From Flammeovirgaceae bacterium UBA5585 (GTDB lineage Bacteria > Bacteroidota > Bacteroidia > Cytophagales > Cyclobacteriaceae), in NCBI GenBank assembly GCA_002425185.1, contig DILT01000013.1:386865-450864 (forward strand): a stretch of DNA of 64,000 nt. The letters run 5' to 3'. Both the position numbers and the translations under genes were made by a program. The notes below the pieces were generated by a model. The model was not told the origin of the DNA and ran no database searches. It was given only the letters and a program-made list of their open reading frames with translations. Of the stretch, positions 18,806 through 27,064 are shown piece by piece. Position 1 is the first letter of the stretch, and every line of letters begins with the position of its first letter.

Positions 18806-19471
18806 TTAAATGTCGAGGTAGCGAAGGAGCATATCCAAACGTTCCTTTTCTGTTCCTATCGGGCTTGACTCCTGGTACCGCCCGATAACCCGGTAATTGA
18901 AGCGCTCCAGGGTAGCCACTATTCGTGACAAATCAACCTGATTCAGCTTAAGGGTGAGCCTGATTTTCCCCACATCCAAGGGGTCATCTTTAACAATGCT
19001 GCTTAAGATTTTTGTATTGTTCTCTTCAATTAGTCGACTGATTTCTGCCAGAGAATAATCATTATGGTTCATCGACAAAACCAAAATCCCCCCGGGCATT
19101 TGTACGGCTGCTGTTTGCGCAAATGAGGTGATCGTGTCCTGAACGGTAATGACACCGTAATACTGACCAAGATCATCCAGCACCGCTACCATTTGCAGTT
19201 TGTTATCGGCAGCAATTTTCAGAATGTCGTAGAAATGGCTGGTTGTTGAAACATAACATTTTTCACCTGTAAGCTTAAACTCACCAACATTTTTCTCAAT
19301 GTTGTTGGTTTCAAGAATTATTTCTTCGGAGATAAAGCCAAGAAGTTTGCCATTATCCACCACGGGCATATGATTACACCGAAACTCTTCCATCCACACG
19401 ATGGCTTTGTGCGCATCATCGGTAGCCTTCAGGGGCGGAATCATGTGGTTAATGAGATCTTCGGCTATCAC
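18806..19471 (-). CDS. CBS domain-containing protein
   Basis: 221 aa. A tandem CBS pair (HMPVVDNGKLLGFISE; MVAVLDDLGQYYGVITV) is followed by a short C-terminal domain. Confidence 0.7.
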   Translation of the reverse strand: MIAEDLINHMIPPLKATDDAHKAIVWMEEFRCNHMPVVDNGKLLGFISEEIILETNNIEKNVGEFKLTGEKCYVSTTSHFYDILKIAADNKLQMVAVLDDLGQYYGVITVQDTITSFAQTAAVQMPGGILVLSMNHNDYSLAEISRLIEENNTKILSSIVKDDPLDVGKIRLTLKLNQVDLSRIVATLERFNYRVIGRYQESSPIGTEKERLDMLLRYLDI

Positions 19472-19498
19472 GGGTAAAGAATTTCACACATATATACC

Positions 19499-20251
19499 TC
19501 AATTGAGCAAAAAGTCTTCCATAAGCTCATTAAATTTTTCAGGGTGCTCCATCATGGGCGCATGACAGCAATTATCAATGAATTTTAAGGATGAGTTTGG
19601 AATCAGCCGGTTAAATTCATGTGCTACCATGGGCGGTGTTATGGTATCGTTAAGCCCCCACACTAACAAGGTGGGTACCTTAATGTTAGGGATTTCGTCA
19701 GCCATATTATTTCGTTGTGCCGACTTTGCAATAGCCACAATACGCATGCATTTCGGAATACTGTTGGTGGTTTCGAACACCTCGTCCACCAATTCCTTAG
19801 TGGCTACTTTGGGGTCAAAAAATGTATACGACACCCGTTCGCGGATGTATTCATAATTACCTCTTTTTGGATAGGAGCCACCCATGGAGTCTTCAAACAA
19901 TCCGGAACTTCCGGTAAGGATAAGTTTTTTAACCTTATCAGGATTTTTGAGGGTGTATACCAATGCAACGTGACCTCCTAAGCTGTTCCCCATGATGATC
20001 ATATCATCAAGTTTTTTAAGTGCAACAAACTCCTCCACAAATTTCCGTAATCCTTCCAGTCCGGCTTCGCGTACAGGCATTTCGTATATGGGAAGCATGG
20101 GAATGACAACCCTGAAGTTGGCAGCAAAACGGTTTACAACACCTTGCCAATTGCTGAGCGCCCCAAAAAGCCCATGCAACAACATCAGTACAGGCCCATT
20201 ACCCTCATCAACATACTTAAAGCCCTTATCTTCTTTAACGGTTAGTGCCAT
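19499..20251 (-). CDS. alpha/beta hydrolase
   Basis: The nucleophile elbow GNSLGG, an HGLFG oxyanion region and a C-terminal His (CCHAPMMEHP) are present. I prefer the ATG at 20251 over the TTG at 20272 from the ORF track. Confidence 0.75.
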   Translation of the reverse strand: MALTVKEDKGFKYVDEGNGPVLMLLHGLFGALSNWQGVVNRFAANFRVVIPMLPIYEMPVREAGLEGLRKFVEEFVALKKLDDMIIMGNSLGGHVALVYTLKNPDKVKKLILTGSSGLFEDSMGGSYPKRGNYEYIRERVSYTFFDPKVATKELVDEVFETTNSIPKCMRIVAIAKSAQRNNMADEIPNIKVPTLLVWGLNDTITPPMVAHEFNRLIPNSSLKFIDNCCHAPMMEHPEKFNELMEDFLLN

Positions 20252-20324
20252 AGTTGCTTGATTAATAACCAAAATGTAAAGAAAAAAAATTCAACTTGTA
20301 ATAGCGGAACGTGTTGAAAAATCT

Positions 20325-20837
20325 TCACGTGGCGTTTTCCTGAAAGATGTCTTTAAAAGAAGGGAAGAATTCCCCGATCCAATGCGTTACTTCGGGAGCA
20401 AATCTGGAGGTAAACGGAAAGAGCCAGGAGTTTTCTGTCCAGCGTTCAGGCAATTGTAAAGAGAGTGCATCAAAAATCCACAAGCCAACACTAACCATAA
20501 AAATGGTTCTGAATAAACCCATTACGCTTCCAGCCCATTGATCGGCACTGCCCAACAACGTTTTATCCAGCGATGATTTTAAAAGTTTTCCTAACAGATT
20601 GACAACAATAAGAACAATGACAAAGACTAACCCAAAGGCTGCATAGGGCAATATCTTTTCATTAATGTTGTAATGTTCATCCAGCGTGAGCATAGCGGCC
20701 CCCATCAGCTTAAAGCCAAGCACAATGCCAAAGAAAATGGCTAGTAAGGAGAACAGACTTACTAAAAAACCCTTCTTGTACCCGGAGACCATGCCCATGA
20801 TAAACAGGAATGCCAGAATAAGATCAAGTACGCTCAA
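20325..20837 (-). CDS. CvpA family membrane protein
   Basis: 170 aa with four TM helices and a CvpA-like N-terminus (LDLILAFLFIMGMVSGYKKGF). TTG start, overlapping the upstream stop. Confidence 0.65.
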   Translation of the reverse strand: MSVLDLILAFLFIMGMVSGYKKGFLVSLFSLLAIFFGIVLGFKLMGAAMLTLDEHYNINEKILPYAAFGLVFVIVLIVVNLLGKLLKSSLDKTLLGSADQWAGSVMGLFRTIFMVSVGLWIFDALSLQLPERWTENSWLFPFTSRFAPEVTHWIGEFFPSFKDIFQENAT

Positions 20838-21286
20838 GGGGCAAGTATTTTTTTTACGAGTTCAGCAATCAGTTTTCCATCGGCCTGGCCGGCAAGTATC
20901 TTTGTGGCCGTGCCCATAACTTTGCCCATATCCTGGGGCCCTGCAGCACCAACTTCAGCAATAATTTTTTTCAGCGCATCGGCCACTTCACTTTCTGAAA
21001 GTTGTTTGGGAAGATAGCGGCTGATCACCTCCAGTTGGAATAACTCTCGTTCGGCTAAGTCATTGCGTCCCTGCTGACTGAAAATATCGGCTGATTCTTT
21101 ACGCTGCTTGGCAGCCTTCATCAGCAACTTGTTTTCAGCATCTGATGAAACATCGCCACTTCCTCCTTTTTCAGTTTCGGCCAATAGTATAAGCGACTTG
21201 ATGCTGCGAAGTGCCTCCAGTTCTTCTTTATTCTTGGCCAACATGGCTTTCTTTATGTCACCATCTATCTGTGTCTTCAGGCTCAT
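20834..21286 (-). CDS. GatB/YqeY domain-containing protein
   Basis: I prefer the ATG at 21286 (MSLKTQIDGDIKKAMLAKNKEELEALR), a typical YqeY N-terminus. The ORF track extends to 21331. Confidence 0.8.
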   Translation of the reverse strand: MSLKTQIDGDIKKAMLAKNKEELEALRSIKSLILLAETEKGGSGDVSSDAENKLLMKAAKQRKESADIFSQQGRNDLAERELFQLEVISRYLPKQLSESEVADALKKIIAEVGAAGPQDMGKVMGTATKILAGQADGKLIAELVKKILAP

Positions 21287-21398
21287 ATTACTTTTTTCAC
21301 AAAAGTAGCAGTAAGCCAGTAGGAACACCAATTCCGGCCGTTCAAATTTACAGTGTGCAATTCATCTTTGGTCTTTGTAATTTGGGCCTTTACAACGT

Positions 21399-22115
21399 AT
21401 GACGCGACTTAGCGTAAACATTAACAAGATTGCTACCCTGCGGAACGCACGTGGAGGCAATAACCCGGATGTGATCAAAACCGCAGTGGATTGCGAACGC
21501 TTTGGTGCACAAGGCATAACCGTACACCCACGCCCTGACGAGCGACATATCCGTTATACCGATGTTATTCAATTGGCGGCTGTTGTAAAAACAGAGTTTA
21601 ACATTGAAGGCTATCCGGACGAGCGGTATTTGCAAATTATCCGGGAAGTAAAACCAGCCCAGGCCACACTCGTTCCGGATGCACCTGATGCCGTAACCTC
21701 CAATGCAGGATGGAATACAATTAAGCATGATGCTTTTTTAAAAGAGGTTGTAAAGGAATTAAAACGGTACACACCGCGTGTCTCAATTTTTGTGAATCCT
21801 GAAGCTGAAATGATTGAGGGTGCCGCAGCCATTGGGGCTGACCGGATTGAACTGTATACAGAACCCTATGCCCGTGACTACCACACCAATCGCTATAAGG
21901 CTATTAAGCCATATGTAGAATGTGCACAGGTTGCAACACGTGCGGGACTGGGCATAAACGCAGGGCACGATCTTGATTTGCATAACCTTCGCTTTCTCAA
22001 AGAGTCCATTCCATACCTGGATGAAGTTTCCATTGGGCACGCGCTTGTATGTGATGCACTTTATTTCGGGTTGGAAAACACCATTCAGCTATACCTGAGG
22101 CAGTTGAGAGATTGA
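21399..22115 (+). CDS. pdxJ: pyridoxine 5'-phosphate synthase
   Basis: 238 aa with motifs [24 protein letters not shown] and NAGHDL. Confidence 0.93.
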   Translation: MTRLSVNINKIATLRNARGGNNPDVIKTAVDCERFGAQGITVHPRPDERHIRYTDVIQLAAVVKTEFNIEGYPDERYLQIIREVKPAQATLVPDAPDAVTSNAGWNTIKHDAFLKEVVKELKRYTPRVSIFVNPEAEMIEGAAAIGADRIELYTEPYARDYHTNRYKAIKPYVECAQVATRAGLGINAGHDLDLHNLRFLKESIPYLDEVSIGHALVCDALYFGLENTIQLYLRQLRD

Positions 22116-22152
22116 TTGCTTATTCCTTATCTTTAATTACAATTTACAAAGC

Positions 22153-22803
22153 ATGAGTCTTCGGAAAACATTTACGGATGCGGAACTGGAGCGGATTAAG
22201 GCCGCAGTACGTCAAGCCGAAGCAACAATATCCGGGGAAATTGTACCGGTTATGGTATCCAAAAGCGGGTATTACACCATTGCCAATTACAAAGGAAGTT
22301 TATGGGTGGGATTTATGGTGTTTGCATTTATCGTGGTTTGTGATCGCTTTATTCCTTCACTAGCCGTTTATGATCCCTTGCTTATCTTTTTATTGGTATT
22401 GCTGGCCGGTGTTGTTGGCGGTGTCGCGCCTAACTTCTCCGATGACTTACGCAGAATGCTGGTAACGCAACGCCATATGGATCATGCTACTCGTCAACGC
22501 GCAGAGAATGCATTTTTAGAACAGGAGGTTTTTAATACCCGTCATCGCACAGGCATCATGATTTTTATTTCCTTCTTTGAGCATGAGGTAATTATCATGG
22601 GCGATCAGGGTATTAGTAAAGTGGTGGAACAAAAAGTTTGGGACAGACTGGTGCAGGATTTAACCGCTCAAATACGTAAAGGAAAAACGGTGGAAGGCCT
22701 TGAAACAACCATTAAGCGGTGTGGAGAAATTTTATTGGAGAAGGGCTTTAAGAAAACTGCGGATGATGTGAACGAACTCCGTGACGATGTTAGACTGGAT
22801 TAA
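22153..22803 (+). CDS. TPM (TLP18.3/Psb32/MOLO-1) domain protein with internal TM hairpin
   Basis: 216 aa. TPM-like segments (SGEIVPVMV; GIMIFISFFEHEVIIMGDQGI) are separated by two TM helices. Confidence 0.6.
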   Translation: MSLRKTFTDAELERIKAAVRQAEATISGEIVPVMVSKSGYYTIANYKGSLWVGFMVFAFIVVCDRFIPSLAVYDPLLIFLLVLLAGVVGGVAPNFSDDLRRMLVTQRHMDHATRQRAENAFLEQEVFNTRHRTGIMIFISFFEHEVIIMGDQGISKVVEQKVWDRLVQDLTAQIRKGKTVEGLETTIKRCGEILLEKGFKKTADDVNELRDDVRLD

Positions 22804-22820
22804 CACGCTTTGAATCAGGT

Positions 22821-23714
22821 ATGAGCTCCCGACTTCTGTTATTTTTTCTACTGCTATTCTCGTTTACAGCCACCGCACAACGACCGGTACCTGAATTGTG
22901 GGGCATGCGGGTGCACGATGATGCAAAAATTTTATCGACAGGTACCATTCAACAACTGGAAACTCGCCTTAAACAATTTGAAGATTCCACCACCAATCAA
23001 ATAGCCATACTCATTATTCCCTCGTTGGATGGTGAGGTGCTTGAACAGTATTCGTTAAAGGTGGTGGAGAAATGGCAGTTGGGAAAGAAGAGCAGAGACA
23101 ATGGTGTGTTGTTGTTGATTGCGGTGAACGACCGGAAGATGCGCATTGAAGTTGGTTACGGACTGGAGGGTTCGTTACCGGATATTACGTGTAATCAAAT
23201 CATCCGAAATCAGATTGCCCCGGCATTCAGGCGTGGCGATTTTGATGGTGGCGTAGTGGCCGGCATTTCTGCAATTATTGGCGCCATTGGTGGCGAATAT
23301 TCGGCTGAGGGTTTTGAAGACGAATCAGTTGAAGACATCCCCTGGTTTGTTGGTCTTTTTGTGTTTGGCATTCTTGGAATTTTCTCATTTCTGGGACTTT
23401 CAATAAAAGGAGGAGCCGGATGGTTTTTATATGTTTTCCTCATTCCGTTCTACGCAGCTTTTCCATTTGCATTATATGGCTGGGAGACCGGAAAACTAAT
23501 TCTTTTAGGTCATTTGTTTGGGTTCCCCATCCTGAAGGTGATATTCAATAAAATGGGGTGGAGTAAGCTGGAAAGTTCCGGTGGAGGCTCAGGGGGCGGC
23601 TGGTCATCCGGTGGCGGTTGGTCTTCAGGCGGGGGAGGCTGGTCTTCCGGAGGTGGAGGGTTTTCGGGTGGAGGAGGTAGCTTTGGTGGAGGCGGTAGCA
23701 GTGGGAGTTGGTAG
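22821..23714 (+). CDS. TPM domain protein, YgcG-like, with Gly-rich tail
   Basis: 297 aa. The signal peptide ends ATA-Q. A TPM core (NQIAILIIPSL, GVLLLIAVNDRKMRIEVGYGLEG) is followed by TM helices and a 46-aa GGGWSS-type tail. Confidence 0.7.
   Translation: MSSRLLLFFLLLFSFTATAQRPVPELWGMRVHDDAKILSTGTIQQLETRLKQFEDSTTNQIAILIIPSLDGEVLEQYSLKVVEKWQLGKKSRDNGVLLLIAVNDRKMRIEVGYGLEGSLPDITCNQIIRNQIAPAFRRGDFDGGVVAGISAIIGAIGGEYSAEGFEDESVEDIPWFVGLFVFGILGIFSFLGLSIKGGAGWFLYVFLIPFYAAFPFALYGWETGKLILLGHLFGFPILKVIFNKMGWSKLESSGGGSGGGWSSGGGWSSGGGGWSSGGGGFSGGGGSFGGGGSSGSW
23574..23711 (+). repeat. in-frame Gly/Ser/Trp-rich degenerate tandem repeat (coding)
   Basis: This stretch encodes SSGGGSGGGWSSGGGWSSGGGGWSSGGGGFSGGGGSFGGGGSSGSW. 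The nucleotide level shows recurring GGnGGnTGGTCnTCn units. Confidence 0.8.
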
Positions 23715-23824
23715 TTGTTGTTCAGCAATACTCGGGAGTATGATCCTTCAATCGTTTAGTAATGGGCATCGTTCTCGTTTATTTAATTAATTCCAGATTT
23801 TGATTCTTGAATATCGAATTGCCT

Positions 23825-23832
23825 TATTTTTG
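23825..23832 (+). promoter_or_regulatory. Bacteroidota -7 box (TAttTTTG) for glyA
   Basis: tatttttg lies 29 nt upstream of the glyA ATG. Confidence 0.45.
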
Positions 23833-23861
23833 GCCTTTCTTATTTTAACAACCTTCCCTGA

Positions 23862-25130
23862 ATGAAAAGAGATAAAGTCATTTTCGATTTGATTGAAAAA
23901 GAAAAGAAACGTCAGCAGCATGGTATTGAGTTAATAGCCTCTGAAAATTTTGCATCTGCCCAGGTAATGAAGGCCATGGGTACTGTGCTTACCAACAAGT
24001 ATGCTGAAGGCTTACCCGGCAAGCGCTATTACGGAGGCTGCGAAGTGGTGGATGAAATCGAGCAGCTTGCCATTGATCGTGCGCGTCAACTTTTCAATGC
24101 CGATTGGGCCAATGTACAACCGCATTCAGGTGCACAGGCAAATGCCGCTGTTATGTTGGCGTGTCTAAAACCTGGCGACAAAATACTGGGGTTTGACCTG
24201 GCGCATGGAGGCCATCTCACGCATGGGTCGCCCGTGAATTTTTCAGGGAAGTTGTATCAGCCATCTTTTTATGGTGTTGAAGAAGCCACAGGAAAAATCG
24301 ATTTCGACAAAGTAATTGAAATAGCTAAGCGCGAGAAACCAAAGATGATTATCTGTGGTGCTTCAGCCTACAGTCGTGATTGGGATTATAAGAAACTTCG
24401 TGAAGCAGCTGATGTTGTTGGGGCTTTGTTGTTAGCAGACATTGCTCACCCCGCAGGCTTGATTGCACGCGGTTTGTTAAACGACCCGATGGAGTATTGC
24501 CATATTGTTACCACCACAACACATAAAACCCTACGCGGCCCGCGCGGTGGATTAATTATGGTGGGCAAAAATTTTGATAACCCCTGGGGATTAAAAACGC
24601 CAAAAGGTGAGATCAGAAAAATTGCTTCCATTTTAGATTCTGGGGTTTTCCCCGGTACGCAAGGCGGACCGCTGGAGCACGTGATTGCCGCAAAAGCTAT
24701 TGCCTTTGAAGAAGCGTTGTCGGATGATTACCTGAAATATGTAATACAGGTAGTGAAAAATGCCAAAGCAATGGCTACCGCATTTATAGCGAAAGGTTAT
24801 AGTATTATTTCGGGCGGAACAGACAATCACTTAATGTTGATTGATCTGCGCTCGAAAAATCTCACCGGCAAAATTGCGGAAGAAACTTTAATCAAAGCGG
24901 ATATCACCATCAACAAAAACATGGTACCGTTTGATACACAATCACCCATGGTTACATCCGGTATGCGCATTGGCACACCGGCTATTACGACACGTGGCTT
25001 GAAAGAGAAGGATGTTTTGAAAGTTGTCGACTTCATCGATGAAGCATTGAGCGCCCCCGCTAATGTCGATAACTTAAAAGCGGTGAAGAAGAAGGTGAAT
25101 AATTTTATGAAGAAGTTTCCTTTGTACTGA
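23862..25130 (+). CDS. glyA: serine hydroxymethyltransferase
   Basis: 422 aa with the PLP-Lys motif [14 protein letters not shown] and [10 protein letters not shown]. Confidence 0.96.
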   Translation: MKRDKVIFDLIEKEKKRQQHGIELIASENFASAQVMKAMGTVLTNKYAEGLPGKRYYGGCEVVDEIEQLAIDRARQLFNADWANVQPHSGAQANAAVMLACLKPGDKILGFDLAHGGHLTHGSPVNFSGKLYQPSFYGVEEATGKIDFDKVIEIAKREKPKMIICGASAYSRDWDYKKLREAADVVGALLLADIAHPAGLIARGLLNDPMEYCHIVTTTTHKTLRGPRGGLIMVGKNFDNPWGLKTPKGEIRKIASILDSGVFPGTQGGPLEHVIAAKAIAFEEALSDDYLKYVIQVVKNAKAMATAFIAKGYSIISGGTDNHLMLIDLRSKNLTGKIAEETLIKADITINKNMVPFDTQSPMVTSGMRIGTPAITTRGLKEKDVLKVVDFIDEALSAPANVDNLKAVKKKVNNFMKKFPLY

Positions 25131-25168
25131 CAAACTTATTTGTTGCAAAAACGAGTTAATTTTACCGA

Positions 25169-25378
25169 ATGAGCGCAGACGAAATCATCAATGGAATTAA
25201 GAAACTAAACACCAGGCAGCGTAGCCGGGTGTTAAGGGAGCTGTTGATGTTGAGAAAAAAAAGCTCGGGTAAAACTTCATCAGTGTCTTTAACACAACTA
25301 GCCGGAAAGGGCGCCAAGCTTTGGAAGGATTGTGAAGTTGACGAGTACTTAAAGAAGCTGCGATCGGAATGGGATTGA
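25169..25378 (+). CDS. putative type II antitoxin (DUF2281-like)
   Basis: 69 aa. A helical N-terminus (IINGIKKLNTRQRSRVLRELL) and a C-terminal LWKDCEVDEYLKKLRSEWD resemble DUF2281-type antitoxins. It overlaps the downstream PIN gene by 10 nt. Confidence 0.55.
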   Translation: MSADEIINGIKKLNTRQRSRVLRELLMLRKKSSGKTSSVSLTQLAGKGAKLWKDCEVDEYLKKLRSEWD

Positions 25379-25821
25379 TTGAGAAGTTTTCTGGCAAGGT
25401 AGTCTATCTTGACACCGCTCCATTGATTTATTTCATTGAAGGCAATTTCAAATATTTCGAATTCTTAAAAAGTATATTTGAGGCTAACGATCGTGGTGAT
25501 TTTCTTTTCGTAACATCGGCCATTACCATTACAGAAGTGTTGTCATTTCCGAATACCTTTCGCGATAGGAATCTGGTTAAGATGTACGATCAGGTTTTTC
25601 ACAACTCAAAAACCTTGGCTGTACTACCCGTTGGTTTTAGTGAAGCAAGAACAGCAGCTGAATACAGGGTTACCCATCGTCTGAAAACTCCTGATGCGTT
25701 GCATCTGGCAACAGCTTCTGAGTATAGAGCTGACTTCTTTTTTACGAATGATTTTGATTTTCATGGGAAATCACCTGTGGCGCTGATTAATCTTGATGTA
25801 TGGCTGAAGAAAAAGAAATGA
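25369..25821 (+). CDS. PIN domain ribonuclease toxin (VapC-like)
   Basis: 150 aa. All four conserved acidic positions are present in PIN-typical contexts (VYLDTAP, ITEVL, PDALHLATA, FTNDFDF). Confidence 0.8.
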   Translation: MGLIEKFSGKVVYLDTAPLIYFIEGNFKYFEFLKSIFEANDRGDFLFVTSAITITEVLSFPNTFRDRNLVKMYDQVFHNSKTLAVLPVGFSEARTAAEYRVTHRLKTPDALHLATASEYRADFFFTNDFDFHGKSPVALINLDVWLKKKK

Positions 25822-26636
25822 CCTTCCTCGATCACCTCGAGGAGTTGCGTTGGCACATAATACGTTCACTTTTTGCCGTAGTGATATTCACTATTGTTGC
25901 CTTTATTTACGGGCCATGGATTTTTGAGAACATAGTCTTTGCGGTGGCAAAACCTGATTTCATTTTCTTTGATTGGATGTGCTCGCTTGGAAAATTAGTG
26001 GGTTATGAGGAAACACTTTGTGTGCAAGAAATTCCCTTTAAAATTCAGAGCCGGCAGATGACCGGGCAATTTACAATGCATATTTCTTCTTCCTTATTCA
26101 TTGGTGTAATCGCTTCTTTTCCTTACATAGTTTGGGAACTTTGGCGCTTCATTAAGCCAGGCCTGGTAACAAAAGAGCGGAAGTTTTCCCGTGGTGCTGT
26201 TTTATCCATATCGTTTTTATTTTTCACAGGTGTTTCATTTGGCTATTTCATCATGAGCCCGCTGGCCGTATACTTTCTATCAAACTACAAGCTAAGCGAT
26301 ATGATTGCCAATGAGTTTGATATTACATCTTATGTTTCTACCATTATTACATTGGTGTTTGGAAGTGGATTACTGTTTCAGTTACCGGTAGTGGTATATT
26401 TTTTAACCAAGATTGGCATGGTTACACCTGCCTTCATGCGCAAGTACCGCAGGCATGCTATCGTTATTATTTTGATTATTGCTGCCATCATTACCCCCCC
26501 TGACCCTTTCAGCCAAACACTGATTGGCATACCCTTGTACATGCTTTATGAGTTCAGTATATTAATTTCGGCCATGGTTATCAGGCGTGAGGCTAAGCGT
26601 GAAAAAGAAGACGAGCAATCTTATAAAACATCATGA
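25800..26636 (+). CDS. tatC: twin-arginine translocase subunit TatC
   Basis: It has the motif FLDHLEELRWHIIRS and six TM helices. Two in-frame ATGs are candidates, at 25800 and 25818. The latter overlaps the PIN stop as ATGA. Confidence 0.9.
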   Translation: MAEEKEMTFLDHLEELRWHIIRSLFAVVIFTIVAFIYGPWIFENIVFAVAKPDFIFFDWMCSLGKLVGYEETLCVQEIPFKIQSRQMTGQFTMHISSSLFIGVIASFPYIVWELWRFIKPGLVTKERKFSRGAVLSISFLFFTGVSFGYFIMSPLAVYFLSNYKLSDMIANEFDITSYVSTIITLVFGSGLLFQLPVVVYFLTKIGMVTPAFMRKYRRHAIVIILIIAAIITPPDPFSQTLIGIPLYMLYEFSILISAMVIRREAKREKEDEQSYKTS

Positions 26637-27064
26637 GTACTATAGCGATTGGAAGTGACCACGCAGGGTTTGCTTATAAAGAGAAACTAAAGGTGTGGCT
26701 GCAAAAAAATGGATTTACAGTTAAAGATTTCGGTACGCACACTACCGATTCCGTAGACTATCCTGATTTTGCGCACCCCGTAGCCCTTGCTGTTGAGAAG
26801 CATGAGGCCGAGTTTGGTTTGCTGCTTTGCGGCAGTGCCAATGGAGTAGCCATGGCGGCCAATAAGCATCAAGGTATTCGCGCAGCCATCTGCTGGACAG
26901 AAGAAGTTGCCGCGGTAGTCCGCCAACATAACAACGCCAATATAATCTGTATACCTGCCCGTTTTGTAAGCGAAGCGTTGGCCGAAAAAATCGTAACTGT
27001 ATTTTTGAATACACTCTTTGAAGGCGGGCGTCATGCGCGAAGAGTAGATAAAATCAGTTGCTAG
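26633..27064 (+). CDS. rpiB: ribose 5-phosphate isomerase B
   Basis: 143 aa with motifs IAIGSDHAGF and CGSANGVAMAANK. ATGA overlap with tatC. Confidence 0.9.
   Translation: MSTIAIGSDHAGFAYKEKLKVWLQKNGFTVKDFGTHTTDSVDYPDFAHPVALAVEKHEAEFGLLLCGSANGVAMAANKHQGIRAAICWTEEVAAVVRQHNNANIICIPARFVSEALAEKIVTVFLNTLFEGGRHARRVDKISC

Noticed and set aside
23510-23728. 72-aa proline-rich ORF on the minus strand
   Set aside because: It is the reverse complement of the Gly-rich tail of the YgcG-like gene (GGN codons read as NCC).
23715-23861. ZTP (pfl) or THF riboswitch upstream of glyA
   Set aside because: There is no CCGCCUGGGC-type pseudoknot element or conserved ZTP core. The region holds only a short 5-6 bp hairpin (23727-23740) and a -7 box.
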